A stretch of DNA of 63,453 nucleotides, the filler included, from Rhabdomonas costata (taxonomy: Eukaryota): assembly GCA_019059605.1 (NCBI GenBank). It is 29 parts of 29 records of this genome, joined end to end, with 100 filler letters (N's around TTAATTAATTAA, not from the genome) between each part and the next. Parts side by side here need not be neighbours in the genome. Positions count along the whole stretch, not along the records: positions 50,399 to 52,490 come from JAHMHO010005738.1; positions 52,591 to 54,679 come from JAHMHO010005739.1; positions 54,780 to 56,861 come from JAHMHO010005740.1; positions 56,962 to 59,050 come from JAHMHO010005741.1; positions 59,151 to 61,264 come from JAHMHO010005742.1; positions 61,365 to 63,453 come from JAHMHO010005743.1; 23 more parts are not named here. One strand, given 5' to 3'. A program made the translations under genes and the position numbers. The notes beneath the pieces are model-generated. The model was given only the letters and a program-made list of their open reading frames with translations, was not told where the DNA came from and searched no databases. Of the stretch, positions 51,221 through 63,453 are shown piece by piece (within the stretch, counting starts at the first letter, position 1; every line of letters starts with the position of its first letter).

Positions 51221-52780
51221 TGAGGATTACATTTTTTGGAAGGAGATTTATTCGAAATGCATCACAAAGCATTGCAGCAGGTGCGAAGAACACAGAGGCA
51301 CCGCTGGAATCGCCACTTCGAGCAAAAAAACAAACGAAGACCGCAAGTCGCTGGGAGCTGAATCCGCATTCTTAAAGACTGCTACCCATGCAACACCTGA
51401 ACTCGCAGAAACAAAGCGCGACTAAAACCAATCCACATGAAAAAAGAATGAATTTGAAACACGCAAAAGAACTCCACCAAGCAATATGGGGAATGCACTT
51501 GGATCAAATCAGAGGGATAAGGGAGGGGAGTTGGTGAGGAGATAGTAGTTTGCATATGTTTCGAGTTCCATTCACCCTATCCCGGGGGAATTGATGGTTA
51601 CAGGGGACAGAAAACAGATTCTTTTGTGGGGGCTTTATACAGTATAACGCCGTTACACGGTCATGGGATGATAAATCCAAAAACAATTATTGCCATTCTG
51701 GGGTCTGGAGCGGATGCAGAGGGTGGAGTAGCCCGTAGAGCGCGAGCTTCCAACCCGTCTGCTTGTGAGCAGGGAGGGGGAACCCGTCGAAGACGTTCTC
51801 TATAAACTCCACCGAAACTCAGCGAAACCCACAAAGATAGGAAGAGTCCGACAAGCGAGCGCCATCTAAACGCACCCAGCAATGGTCGCAACGTGAAAGG
51901 GTTTAATCTTTGGTGACCTCGCCCCCACTACGCAGGCCGCTAGATAGTGGACACGATCCATTTCCTCGCTCACGCCCCCCCCCCCACGCTTTGGCCGCGC
52001 CGCGGACTGGCCTCCGCGGCGGCTGGCCTCCACACCGAAAATAATTCAGTCCTTTCAGTACGGCAATCTCCTGGGAACCGTTCATCGCCCTTCAGGGGTA
52101 AACTGCCGTTGGATAGTGAGCACTATCCAACTCTGGATAGTGTGTGTGTGTGTGGGGGGGCACCAGACAGACGGAACCCATGAGAAAAGGCTGGGCCACA
52201 CGTCTTTCTGAAGGTTTCGACCACGTGCGCAACCATACAGACGCGGACAAGGAAACAAATGTGGGAAGGGAGGGCAGCTTTGCGGCGACCCATCGTGCAC
52301 ATTTGGCTTTAGTAGGAAGGGAAGGGGACGCGGATGGACATTCTGGGTCTGGGGTCTTTCATGTTAATTAACATTGTTGGTGAGAACCCCCCCCCCAAAA
52401 AAAAACAGGATCCTTTTAGTGGCGGATCCAGCCACAGCAGGAGTCAGTTGGAGGCGGTCCAACGTGGCAATGCACGCCAAAACAAAACACNNNNNNNNNN
52501 NNNNNNNNNNNNNNNNNNNNNNNNNNNNNNNNNNTTAATTAATTAANNNNNNNNNNNNNNNNNNNNNNNNNNNNNNNNNNNNNNNNNNNNGGTGGGTTTT
52601 GGAAGCTAAATGTTCTCCAAAACTGATGCAAGTCTCCCTGTAAATGCGAAAATCGCGAAACTTACGCAGAAATTTAAGATCACGAAGCCATTCATAAATA
52701 AAAAACGGAGGAAAACCAGCAAACAAAAAGTGATGAAGAAGTTTTGCGGGATTGCGGGTTTCTCATCTTTCCGCTCTAAG

Positions 52781-54314
52781 GTGAAGCAGCTTCTCCAGAC
52801 CCTGAGGCAGGCCAGCCCTGCCGCTGCTGCCGCCACGGCACCCTCGCCCGGCGCGGCAGGGCAGCGGATCCTTCCGCAGCGGCTGATCGCGTTGTACAAT
52901 AACCTCTTGCAGGAGTGCTTCCGCGGAGAATGCTATGACCTGGTCGAGGAGGTCGTTCGCCGTGTGTGTGTGTGTGGTTGAAGAATGGGCGAGCTTAGAG
53001 GGTTGGCCCTCCCTGCGAAGAGTGCCTGGGACGATGCCACGGTTGGGCTCTCCGTGGTAAAGGAAAATGACCTGAGCAGAAGAAAGTTCAGGATAACAGA
53101 CTCCCTAGAACCGCGGTGTAATACACCATTGACCCCAAACCTTTGACCTGTAGCAGAGGGGGGTGATCCGAACCTCGAGAAGCAGCCAAGGAAGGCAGAA
53201 GGTTTGACAAGCCCACTGGAGGCAGAAGAGACCTCCACCAATGCAATGCCTTGTACACGTAGTGTGTGACGTGTGTGAGGGTTTAAAGCCCGGTGGAAGC
53301 AGAAAGAGGAGTTAGTATTGAACGCATTGAACCATGTCTAGATCATGGACTGAGTTTTCAGCGAGTACCTGGTGAGGTTTTGTTTGTCACCTCTTACGGT
53401 TGTGGGTTTGCAGGCCCGAGCCACGATGCAAGAGGGTCGACTGTCCCCTAACAGCCACACCTACGGAATCCTCATGGAGGGATACTCCGCCGTTCCTAAA
53501 TTCCAAAATAAGGGTGTGCACGGGACCTTGCGCCCCTCTGCCCACCGTCCTTCCCCCTTTTCCATTTCCATGCTCTTGCTTTGTTACTTGTTGTGTTTGT
53601 AGAGTGTTAGTTTAGTGTTGTGCGCATCTGCATTTGAACGATCAGAAAAGGTACGCAAAGTGAACGTGAGAAGGAGAATTTGAGACATAAACGTGCGTTG
53701 CCCTCCAGACCGACTCTTTCCGACCCACACTCATCGCAGCGTTTATGTCATTCCAACAATCTTTCATTTTCTCTGACTACCCCTTCTCCCTCAATCGCGA
53801 ACCGGAAGTTAAGAAGACCCGCACGCACACTCTCATACATACTTTTTTGTGAGCAGGAGCAACGAGTAATGTTTGTGCTCCTTCTAGGGTAAGGAAACGA
53901 ATCTTCCAAGGTATACCTGCTGAGTAATTCTCGGATACTGAAGCGTATAAAATCTACAACCCGGTTCAGGTGTTGTGCGAATTGCTGAGGTGAATGCACA
54001 TCCATCTAACCGCCTGCTATTTTTGTGTCTTCGCCCTGCCGTTTGTCACCCTCAACCTCTCCACGGGGCATGTGGAGTAAGTAGGTGTGTTTTTGACGAT
54101 CTTCATGGCACTATATACTCCTCAAAATCGGAAAACTCGGCTTTGCTGGATTGTCGTGTCGTGTGCCTGACTCTAGTCTTGGACATCTTCGAGGAGATGT
54201 CCAACAAGAAAGTCATGGTCACGATCAAGTCGTACAACGCGGTGATCCGGTCCCGCGCCCTCTCTGGGGACTTTCACGTGGTCGATCAGCTGCTACAGCG
54301 AATGGAAAGCGAGG
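52781..54314 (+). CDS. Pentatricopeptide repeat (PPR) protein, internal exons
   Basis: Exons 52781-52951, 53414-53513, 54177-54314: LYNNLLQEC, M....LSPNSHTYGILMEGY, IFEEM......KSYNAVIR.....LLQRMESEG. Confidence 0.85.
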
Positions 54315-54974
54315 GTAATCCCCCTCCCCCCCGCCAACTGTAACGTTTCTGCATTTCTCCAGTAGACAGACCAAACTCAACCCAATCTCAGTTTGCCCGC
54401 CACTTTCGAAATCAGATCGAAAAGCACCCTGCTCGCCGGCGGGGAAAGATGACCGACCCCGTCTCACAGTCCATGGTGGGGATGAGGCTGCGGCCAGGCA
54501 CCCTATGGAGAAGCACCCCTGTGGCACGCTTCCTTCGACTCCTTGGCGGAAAAAGAAAAAAGAACTTCCTTCCCCAAACCGTGTCGCCAAACTCTGGGGT
54601 TTCTTCTTAACCGGTGATCCCTTTTCGATCTCAGGTAACATGGCAACCCCAAACCCCAAAAACCCCAACACACCCAACANNNNNNNNNNNNNNNNNNNNN
54701 NNNNNNNNNNNNNNNNNNNNNNNTTAATTAATTAANNNNNNNNNNNNNNNNNNNNNNNNNNNNNNNNNNNNNNNNNNNNTGCTCATGGTATTGCTTGGGT
54801 TGGTTGTTTCCCCTGTGGTGTGGGCTGTGTTCTGGGCTGGTGGCTGTGCTCGCGAATCTGTGATTTTCGATTTTGGGTATCACCTCCACTGAGGGACCTT
54901 TGATTTGGTCCGATGCCTTTCAGTTAAATAAGCGAGTTGATTAAACGGTCGATATGTCTCCGTCTTCCTCACAG

Positions 54975-55193
54975 GAGCTTCGTCTGCCGGATCAGCAGGG
55001 TGAGCAGATACTGTCGCAAATCCGCGATGACATGCACCTCGCGTCGCTTCGTGTGGTCGCCACTTCTGCGCACGTGCTGCCGTGCGAGGCGGGACGCCTG
55101 AAGGCTCTTGGCTTTGCAGCGGTGCTGCGAAAGCCGTTCGAACCCTCCTCCCTGAAATTGGCCTTTTTGGAGGCGGGCTTGAAGTTGCGGTGA
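54975..55193 (+). CDS. Response-regulator receiver domain (C-terminal half), Glu at the phosphoacceptor position
   Basis: ELRLPDQQGEQILSQIR......VVATSAH.......LGFAAVLRKPF matches D..lP..dG....iR....vialTA.......Gf..yl.KPf. Confidence 0.8.
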   Translation, partial: ELRLPDQQGEQILSQIRDDMHLASLRVVATSAHVLPCEAGRLKALGFAAVLRKPFEPSSLKLAFLEAGLKLR

Positions 55194-56449
55194 GCCCATC
55201 CACTCCCCAGACGTTTTTTAGGACGCGAGTTCCTCGGCTCCTCACACCAACCGTTCTGGATCTGCACTCTTGCAGGTGCTGCGGCAGGCACATTTGCATG
55301 TGCTTTCGTCTTTCTTTTTTTCTTATTTCATCTTCCCCATATGTGCTCGTTTTCGCTTCGTGCGGGGGGGTGGATCTGCTGCGGTGGGTTTGATTTTCCT
55401 TGCACTCAGCAGTGCTCTAACCCCCTAACTCACTCACTTCCTGCTGTTTGGTGCTACGTATCTTCATACCCTCAGAATATATATCTGATAGGTACGTCTG
55501 ATATATTCTCTGAATGTAGCTCTGAAATGACGGTATTGATCACGCATCCGCGCACATTACGCCATCGACACAAGGACAAACCCTCGCGTGCAATATTTTC
55601 TCTCAGAAGTGAAGTGGACTCCCAGATCTTTCCTTCGGCTATGGGGGATGGCAGCCAAGCGGCATGAAGCAGAACGATCCGCTGCCTTCGGCTTTTCTTG
55701 TGATCAAGCTAAGGATGGGACAGTTACAGTGAACCCTTCTTTCCATCCGGAAACGTCTGCATAAGCTTTGCTTGTGGGCGCGGACTTGAATGTTGAAATT
55801 GCCTTCTCCAGATGATCTCTTGTTTCCTCTCCGATCTGGTATGGTTTCATCATAAAATTCCGCTCATACAAGCAGACTTCCACCATCCAGCAATATATGA
55901 GCCCTCTATTGAAAACAGTGCAGACTTCAACACAACACATGCCTTCCGTTGATCTCTTCTCCCTTTCATCCGTGATTTCTGTGATGGGCATCATTTTTAT
56001 CATTTTTAGCCCCCTCTCCTATCAGTAGTGTTCCCTGCGAAAAGCAGACCTCTCGCTAAAATGCGCGGAAATCCGAGAAGCTCGGCTATTTCCCGAAAAT
56101 CAGAATGTTTTCTGTGTTCGACAATCCTGAATGTCCCCGTATCAGCCGTTGTTGGCCGGTATGTGGGAGTGTGTTCTCTTCAATGTTTTCGGTGAATTGG
56201 AAGTTGCTGCCTTTCCCCATTATCACCTTTCACGCCTTCGTCTGAATCACTGGAAAACTTACCCCCCGCTGCGCTCGCGGGATTTTACGCGCATTCGTCG
56301 CGTTTGCTGAGGCGGGTATCGCCCTGGTTCACTGGCATTTCATTTTTCTCGGCGTGGCGGTCCTATTGCATCATGCTGAGAGAAGCTCTTATGCTTTCGG
56401 AACACCCCCCTTTCCAATCTCAAGCTACTCTTTAGCCGTCCGGTGTACA

Positions 56450-56579
56450 ATGCACCGGGCGCTAATTCTTTTTCGAGCGGTTATCGCCGCTGCTGTTGTG
56501 CTGGGGGTGTGGAAGCTTGTACCTAGCCGGACCTCACAACAGGAGGTGGTGTTGAGAAAGGTCGTGGAAGATCAGCACG
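56450..56579 (+). CDS. First exon of a signal-anchored protein
   Basis: MHRALILFRAVIAAAVVLGVWKLVP... then G|gtattt; pyrimidine tract plus AG ending 14 nt upstream of the ATG. Confidence 0.45.
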
Positions 56580-56961
56580 GTATTTGCTCGTTTGTTCCAA
56601 TGGGTTTGCTTGCGCAGTTACTGTGTCTAAATGTGAGCGTGCGGGAAGGCAAACAGTGAGTTTGTGCCTTTCGTATTTTTCGCGTCTTTTTTTGTTTCCA
56701 TTTTTCTTTCCTCCGTACCGTCTTTTGGTGACTATGCGGCCTCTTACTTCCGGCTTCATTATTGTTGGGAGGTAACAAAAGTCTTCAGTTCTCATAGCAA
56801 AGCACCTCTTAGCAGCCAAGAGGCCGGCTAGTGGTCTGAGAACTGTAAGAACACCAACAAANNNNNNNNNNNNNNNNNNNNNNNNNNNNNNNNNNNNNNN
56901 NNNNNTTAATTAATTAANNNNNNNNNNNNNNNNNNNNNNNNNNNNNNNNNNNNNNNNNNNN

Positions 56962-59004
56962 CTTGTACCTGTGGTGCTTGTGGTGGTTGTGGAGTTTTCG
57001 GAGTCCATGACGGAGATCATCGCCATGTGCTCCTCGGCAGGAGAGGTGGTGCCGCTTAATTCGCCAGTTCTCATTAAACCTGAAGTCGACATGTGGCTGG
57101 GTGATTTAGATGTTCAAATGCGCGCCACTCTCAAGGACATGCTTGTTCAGTGCCTTGCCAACTGGGACATTCAGAAGCATCCCGCTCAGGTTCTCTGCTT
57201 GAGGGAGATGGAATGGTTCACCGCGGAGACCGAGAAGAACATCAAAGCAGGGTCGCTTCCAACGTTCAAGACGCTCTTGCAGCAAAAGCTTGCCGAGTTC
57301 ACTCAGATCGAGTCTGCTGTGAGCAAAGTTATGGAGCTAAAGACCAAAGCCTTGATTCTGGATCTCATTCACAACATTGAGGTCGTTTCTTCGCTTATCG
57401 ATGCGCATTGCAAGGGGGCTGATGAGTGGCCGTGGCAAAAGCAGTTGAGGTACTACATGAATTCCGAAAAGTCCTGCCTGCTGCGCATGGTGGACGCCGA
57501 GTTCCAATACACTTACGAGTACCAAGGCAACGCGCCCAGACTTGTGCACACTCCACTCACGGATAAATGCTACCTGACCCTGACTCAGGGGATGCACTTG
57601 GGATACGGTGGCAATCCCTATGGCCCGGCTGGGACTGGAAAAACGGAGTCCGTCAAGGCACTCGGGAATGCGATGGGCCGGCAAGTTTTGGTACGCCTCT
57701 TTGATTTTCTGGAGAAAGAATCGTTACCAAATCCTTCTTGTGCACCCATGCGCACAAAGACTTAATGTTCATATGTCAGGGTGGGCTGCGGTATTGTGTT
57801 TGCCAGTCGAGTACAACGAACATTATGTTGACGCCGTCATCACTTTTGTGAGTCCTTTGACAGGTATTTTGTTTTTGTTTTTTCAGGTGTTCAACTGCGA
57901 CGAAGGAATTGATTTCAAGTCCATGGGACGTATTTTCATGGGGTTGTGCAAGTGCGGTGCCTGGGGCTGCTTTGACGAGTTCAACCGGCTGAAAGAGGAT
58001 CAGCTGGTATTCAGCCCGCATTTCCCTTGTCTTTTCTGAGTTCAGCTTCTTTTGCCAGTTTGGCTGATTTTTCTTAGTATTGTCATTGGTCTGCACTAAT
58101 CCGTTGCTGCCTCCCACCCGCTCACCCACGCCTCCTGATGGACCTCTGGGGCGTGCCGGTTTAAGCAAGGCTTAGGAATGTAAAGAATACCAAAGGCTTT
58201 CTGGGTTGGGAGCAGTGCTTTTTTCAACTGTGGTGGCCCAAAAACCTCATCGCAACGGCCGCCGGGAGCGGTATATTTTGATATAGATGTTTCTTCACGG
58301 CGGGTGCACGATGGGGAAGAATCGAAGAAATAGGGCTCTTCTGGTGTTTTGAAGCAATTGCCGACGATCACCCATTCAGACTGCTTGTTCTATTCTTTCT
58401 TTTCTGTTTATTTTCGTTCATTTTGTGCTCTCCACAGAGTGCCATTTCCGACATGATTCAAGTCATCCAAGCAGCGCTCAAGGCCCGCGAGAGTCAAGTC
58501 TTCCTTTTGGGCCGAAACGTCGACCTGAATCCAAGCGCTGGAATCTTCGTCACTCTGAACCCCGCAGGAAAGAACTATGGAGGGCGATCGAAACTGCCCG
58601 AGAACCTCAAGCTTTTGTTCCGAGCTGTTGCTATGACTGTTCCGGACACTGGTCTGATCTGCGAAGTTGAGCTGTACAGCGAAGGCTTTGTCGAAGCCAA
58701 GCCTTTGGGGAAGAAGCTTGTCGAGGCCTTCAACCTTTGCCGCGATCTGCTATCCCAGCAGCAGCACTACGACTGGGGTTTGCGTGCGCTGAAGATGATC
58801 CTGAAGACCGCTGGTTCCATGAAACGCGCTGAGCGAAGGATTGCCATGAGCCCGCCAACGTCTCCAGACAAAGCTCCTCCGCCACTGTCTGACAAGGACA
58901 CGTTCAAGGCGGAGTGCGAGATTGTGATGAAAGCCTCTCGTGTCAATACGCTCTCCAAGCTCACGTTCGAAGACGCAGTGCGGTTCAATGAGATTATGGC
59001 GGAC
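56962..59004 (+). CDS. DYNC2H1: Cytoplasmic dynein-2 (IFT) heavy chain, linker-AAA1 region
   Basis: Exons ~56990-57690, 57887-58006, 58438-59004: [84 protein letters not shown]. Confidence 0.93.
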
Positions 59005-59194
59005 GTGAGCTTGGAGAGCGTATTGACACGAGAGGCTTTCACCACAACCCNNNNNNNNNNNNNNNNNNNNNNNNNNNNNNNNNNNNNNNNNNNNTTAATT
59101 AATTAANNNNNNNNNNNNNNNNNNNNNNNNNNNNNNNNNNNNNNNNNNNNGCCCTTGCACAAGAGACAGGGGATACGTGAGAAATGGTTGTGTA

Positions 59195-59196
<2 letters not shown>

Positions 59197-59228
<32 letters not shown>
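59197..59228. repeat. (TG)n microsatellite
   Basis: Directly visible. Confidence 0.95.
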
Positions 59229-59232
<4 letters not shown>

Positions 59233-59836
59233 CGGGCGGGCGTGCATGAGTGCATTGGAAGCATAGAGAGCTGGCTGTTTCCAGAATGGCAGCTACCCGA
59301 CGGGTTGCTGGTGACCGCTGTGAACTGACGGCACACGCTGTTGGCCACGGATGCTTGCGAGGTGTGGCTTTGGAATGCACGGTGCCGTGGGTAACTGGCT
59401 CCACGTCGTGCGTTCAGATGATAGGGTACCCTCCCTTCTGCCGCATCGCCTTTGTCCTCGCTCTCTGAGGCTCCTTTGTTGAGTTTTCTCTATCGGCATG
59501 CAAACATCGCCATACCCCCTTCTGGGTTTGGCATGACAAAGCTACCCCACAATCAGTGGCAGTGGTAAAGATACTGAGTTTTCGATATCATGGCAAGCAC
59601 GCCGGATCCCTCCCCCCTCATCTGCCTGAACGTCACCATGAAACGGACTGGTGTCGCTGCTTTCTTTACATCTTGCAACCGTGTCAAACGGTAAACCGCT
59701 ACTGCAGCGCTCTGCTAACTGTCTGTTCGTGCGTTTGTGCGAGCATCCCAGTTATCTACGCGAAGCTACCCAAAGAAATAACCAGAACCTGTCAAAGTCA
59801 GGACAATTCAGCTGAACTGAGGTGCCACACGCTAAC

Positions 59837-61090
59837 CTGAGGCCGCAGCGAGCCCTGGGGTGCCAGCCACAATGTCCCCCCGGAGGTGGACGTGCAGGAA
59901 GCCCACGCCCCGGGCGCACAGGGAGAACGTCCACTGCAGCCCTAGGGCCCGCACGTTGAACCCAAAGTCGGAGTTGAAGGGCGCGGTGCTGTCCGTCCAT
60001 AGCTCGAAGACCTCCACGTCGTCGGCCTGGAGAGCGGCCACGGGACCAAGGCGGACCCTCGGGAACAGTCGAAGCTCAATCTCAAACAAAAGCCGGTCCA
60101 ACCCCTCGCCTGAGCAAACCACCACCACCAACTACATCAGCGTCCTCATCACTCAGCGAGAACGGTGAATATACAACATACCTGTTCCTACGCATTCGCG
60201 TGTACGTCAAAAGCTGTACAGGGAAAGTCTTAATTATGAACAGCTACCTCGGAAGGAAAGACACTTTCCTCCGCAGCTGAATTATCTGTGTTGTGTTGGG
60301 ATAAGACCAGTCACCACTGAGAAAGAAATGCCTTCTTATCTCGGATACGCACACCCTAGGGAGAAAACAACATCATATCCACTTCAGAACGCAAAAATAC
60401 CGACGCCCTTTTGCCACGGATAGCTCACACAATGCCAACAAAAAAAGAGAGGATCGACGAGTGGAGACGTCAATGTCAATTCTTTATTTATCGCAAACCC
60501 ACAAGGGAGGCCGCAATCCCATTCTTCCTGGGAGGCACAAAGAGGTCACCCTCCATATTCTCTATCAATTCTCTCAAACCAATCAGAAGGCCCGTCCGGT
60601 TGCGCAGCTCTGCCAGGCTGAAGTAGCTGGAGTATCCCCACTGCTGGAAATCCTCGTACACCTGTGCGCATCGTGCACGTGAATGTTTGTGGCGAGCCCA
60701 GGACGATGCGACATTTTCATGACGAGCCAATTTCAAAGGCTGTCAGCTCGCAGGCCCCCTGGAAGAACACAGCATAACTCTCACTCACGCATGCACCATC
60801 AAGAAGCGAATAAAGCCTCTCCTCTCCCTTCCGAGAAGCGGCAAGGTCCGTTCCGTATGAGGAAAAAACAGCTGCACAGAGGTCGTCCGAGGAACCAACC
60901 GATCTTCAACCCAGTCCACAAACAGGCACCAAAGGAAAGGTACACAGACCCATGTGAAGTCACTGGTGTGCCGGAGCTCACCATCGCGCTGCCGCAGCGA
61001 CAGACGCACCGAAAGGACGAAGGGGTACGCCGCGTCGGCGGAGGGGCTGAACGACAGTTCGATCTCGCCGTCTTTGTTGGGCTCCAGCAT
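59837..61090 (-). CDS. MATH/TRAF domain protein, possibly tandem domains
   Basis: Exons 61090-60950, 60661-60580, 60109-59837; QWGYSSYFSLAELRNRTGLLI...DRLLFEIEL matches the MATH C-terminal WG...f..l..L.....l..D.l.ie motif. Confidence 0.65.
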
Positions 61091-62024
61091 CTGCCGACCG
61101 ATACAAAGAGAGGGGCAGAGCAGATCAGACCAGTGAGAAAGGGACCTTCGACCTTCAGTCACTCGCGGGAGGGCGAAGCACTCCTGCCCTGCTCACACGC
61201 GAAATTTATATTTTATATATCCCCGTAATGGCGCCTGAGTTCGCCAAACAGGAAACAAAACACCNNNNNNNNNNNNNNNNNNNNNNNNNNNNNNNNNNNN
61301 NNNNNNNNTTAATTAATTAANNNNNNNNNNNNNNNNNNNNNNNNNNNNNNNNNNNNNNNNNNNNTGGTGGGGGCGAAAAGAGCCTTTATCGGGGAACTCC
61401 CGACTCTCCAGGACGGACACACGCACTGGGAAGCATCCACCAAGAGGAAGCATACATACACTGGGGCACGCAAGTAAGGGCGATGCGAACACGCACACGC
61501 ACAGGGACACAGCCAAATCTGCCCTGCTCAGCAATTAAGCGTCACTGAAGCAATGGAGGTCCGTACGGTTGGATGCATGCCGGATGGACAAAAGATTGAA
61601 CGATTGCGCCACCAACATTGGCGCGGAAGCACAAGGGTACAGTAGCATAGGAAAATGAACACTACTGTACTTCCCTCCCCTCCACTCCACTGCTGTTTCT
61701 GCCCGGCAGTTTTGACATTCACTGTAAAAGGCAGGCATTTACACTTACTGTGCTGTAAAAAGATTGTTTCGGAATGTATGCGCAAAAGCGCGAGCTGGAG
61801 TCGACCTGACGACAGGTTTTGGTTCTCTGGTGGGTAGCCAATCCGACGGAGGGTTTTGCAGAAGCTTTAGAAAGCTTCAAAAAAAAGCGTCTGCAGCGAG
61901 CATTACCAAACAGACACTCACATGAATTGAGCAGAAGGGACCATTCCGGTAAAACTATTTCTCATTTCTGTTGCTACTATCACTTTGGCATGAAACCCGA
62001 CCCGCAGGCCGCTCGCGTCATTAC

Positions 62025-63318
62025 CTTGCCCGAACTGGCTCCACGCTCGCCGGAAGTTCTCTATCGCGGCCGTTTTGTTATAGTCCCTGACGAAGCGCAG
62101 GTAGGGCAGCAGCGCTGTGTTCTGCGGGAAGTACTTCTCGAAGTCCTCGAGGTGGGCCAGTGACACCTTGGAATCGGAAAAATTCCGGAGCCTCAAGTCG
62201 AAGCCCATGTACAGCTCGTTGGGGAGCATCAGCAGCCCCTTGTCAAACGCCTGCGAAAGCTCCTCGGAGCTGCTGCGAAGCAGCCAGCCTTGGACGCCGA
62301 AGGCTCCCCGGTTGGCTTGATAGACGCGGTACCCCAGCCGGTTGGGGAGCTGCTCCACCATGAAGGCTGCGAAGGAAGGGCGAACCTCGAACCAGCTTCT
62401 CCTTTTACCGCTTTCCCTCCCTCATTGTTCGGAGTTTTGGTGGCTTAGTACACTTCAGTTCACTTTAGCGAGGGGGGGTGGAGCCTTGGATCACTAAGTA
62501 CCTCCCAGGAGGAAAACTTGACGGGCGGCGTCGGCAGCAGTCGTCCACAACATGTTCCACTCAGGCGTTGAAATGCTCTCGCTGCTGCAAATTGACGCTG
62601 GTATCGGCCAAGCTGTTCTCTTGGTTGACTTCAAGAATGCGGACTGCAGTAAGCTGGATCGTCAGGTTATAGACACTGACATGGTACGCGTTCTCACAGG
62701 TCCAGACCACTTCGGAAAGCAACGGGGGTGATGGTCAAATTCCGAAACGCTGCCCTTGGGGACCTAACTTCAACAACTGGCGCTCTTCGGAAATCCCGGT
62801 CAGCGGGATTGGTCAGCGTGGAACCATTGACCGAATATCACCGAAAAGCTCCAGGAGTGCCTTAAGCGTCTGTCTCAGTTGGCAGACTCCTCTTCAGGGT
62901 TCCATGTTTTGAGGAGCTGCATCTGCTGACAAGGTTGAAGTATCTCTTCTAAATTCGACCATTCGAACGAAGGAAACATCAGCCGGGCCTCCCACACACC
63001 GATTCCGGAGGACTATGGTATGCAGATGGACATGCATCGGCTTCGGCCCAATGTACGGATAAATTAGGAAGGAGAAGCGAATAGAATTTCGGGTCCAACG
63101 AAGATGCAGGGGGCTGTCGGACAATGTTGTTTCCTCTTGTAGGTTACGGAGGGGTCACAACCACGCGTGATACCGTGCACGTGGTTTCCCATCAGCATGA
63201 ATTGATATAGCACTCGTGCCATGGTGATGTCCCGGCGCGCGGAAAAGGCCTGAACCAAGTCGTCTCCGAAGACCTCGACGTACCCAACACGAAAGTCATA
63301 GGGCAGGTGACGGTACTC
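62025..63318 (-). CDS. Hypothetical protein exons
   Basis: In-phase exons EYRHLPYDFRVGYVEVFG...GNHVH|AFMVEQLPNRLGYRVYQAN...SQFGQ; GC3-rich; boundaries approximate. Confidence 0.55.
62478..62960 (+). mobile_element. Decayed CRE/SLACS-like RT relic inside an intron of the minus-strand gene
   Basis: AVLLVDFKNA....LDRQ (RT DfkNAFn..dR motif) and LKRLSQLADSSSGFHVLRSC, with stops and internal deletions. Confidence 0.55.
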
Positions 63319-63453
63319 CTGCGGTAGTTGCAAAATAAAAGACAGCACGGGAGAGGCACAAGCCAACTCAGCAGGCACGCAGGTCTCCAAACAGGGGAGT
63401 AGGAACTGCCCAACTCTTTGTACGGAAACCACCCCTTATCGGTGGGAAGACCG

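Noticed and set aside
58928-59041. 39-bp inverted duplication in the dynein exon
   Set aside because: It interrupts a conserved CDS at an ACGT microhomology and ends at the contig edge: template-switch artefact.

Overview
This window is not contiguous DNA. It is 29 unrelated ~2.09-kb contigs joined by 28 artificial 100-nt spacers (44 N + TTAATTAATTAA + 44 N). G/T-only contig starts, C/A-only contig ends and terminal fold-back duplications point to whole-genome-amplified (probably single-cell) DNA. The source is an intron-rich, flagellated eukaryote. Splice-site style and candidate trans-splice acceptors suggest a euglenozoan, possibly a euglenid (inference). Exon chains were reconstructed by hand and read in the standard code. 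Recognisable fragments: RPL9, ISWI-type HAND domain protein, WD40 repeats, MRI1, Kelch, PDZ, ABCC, P4-ATPase, PPi-dependent PFK, YAK1 and AGC kinases, Mpv17/PMP22, class III cyclase, PPR, a receiver domain, dynein-2 heavy chain, MATH, two Cys-rich repeat proteins, a USP pseudogene and two decayed CRE/SLACS-like retroelement relics. The most interesting signal is intron architecture: degenerate GT/GC donors, several acceptors without a polypyrimidine tract, and many introns whose two ends look complementary. All homology calls come from motif recognition by eye; no searches or folding calculations were run.
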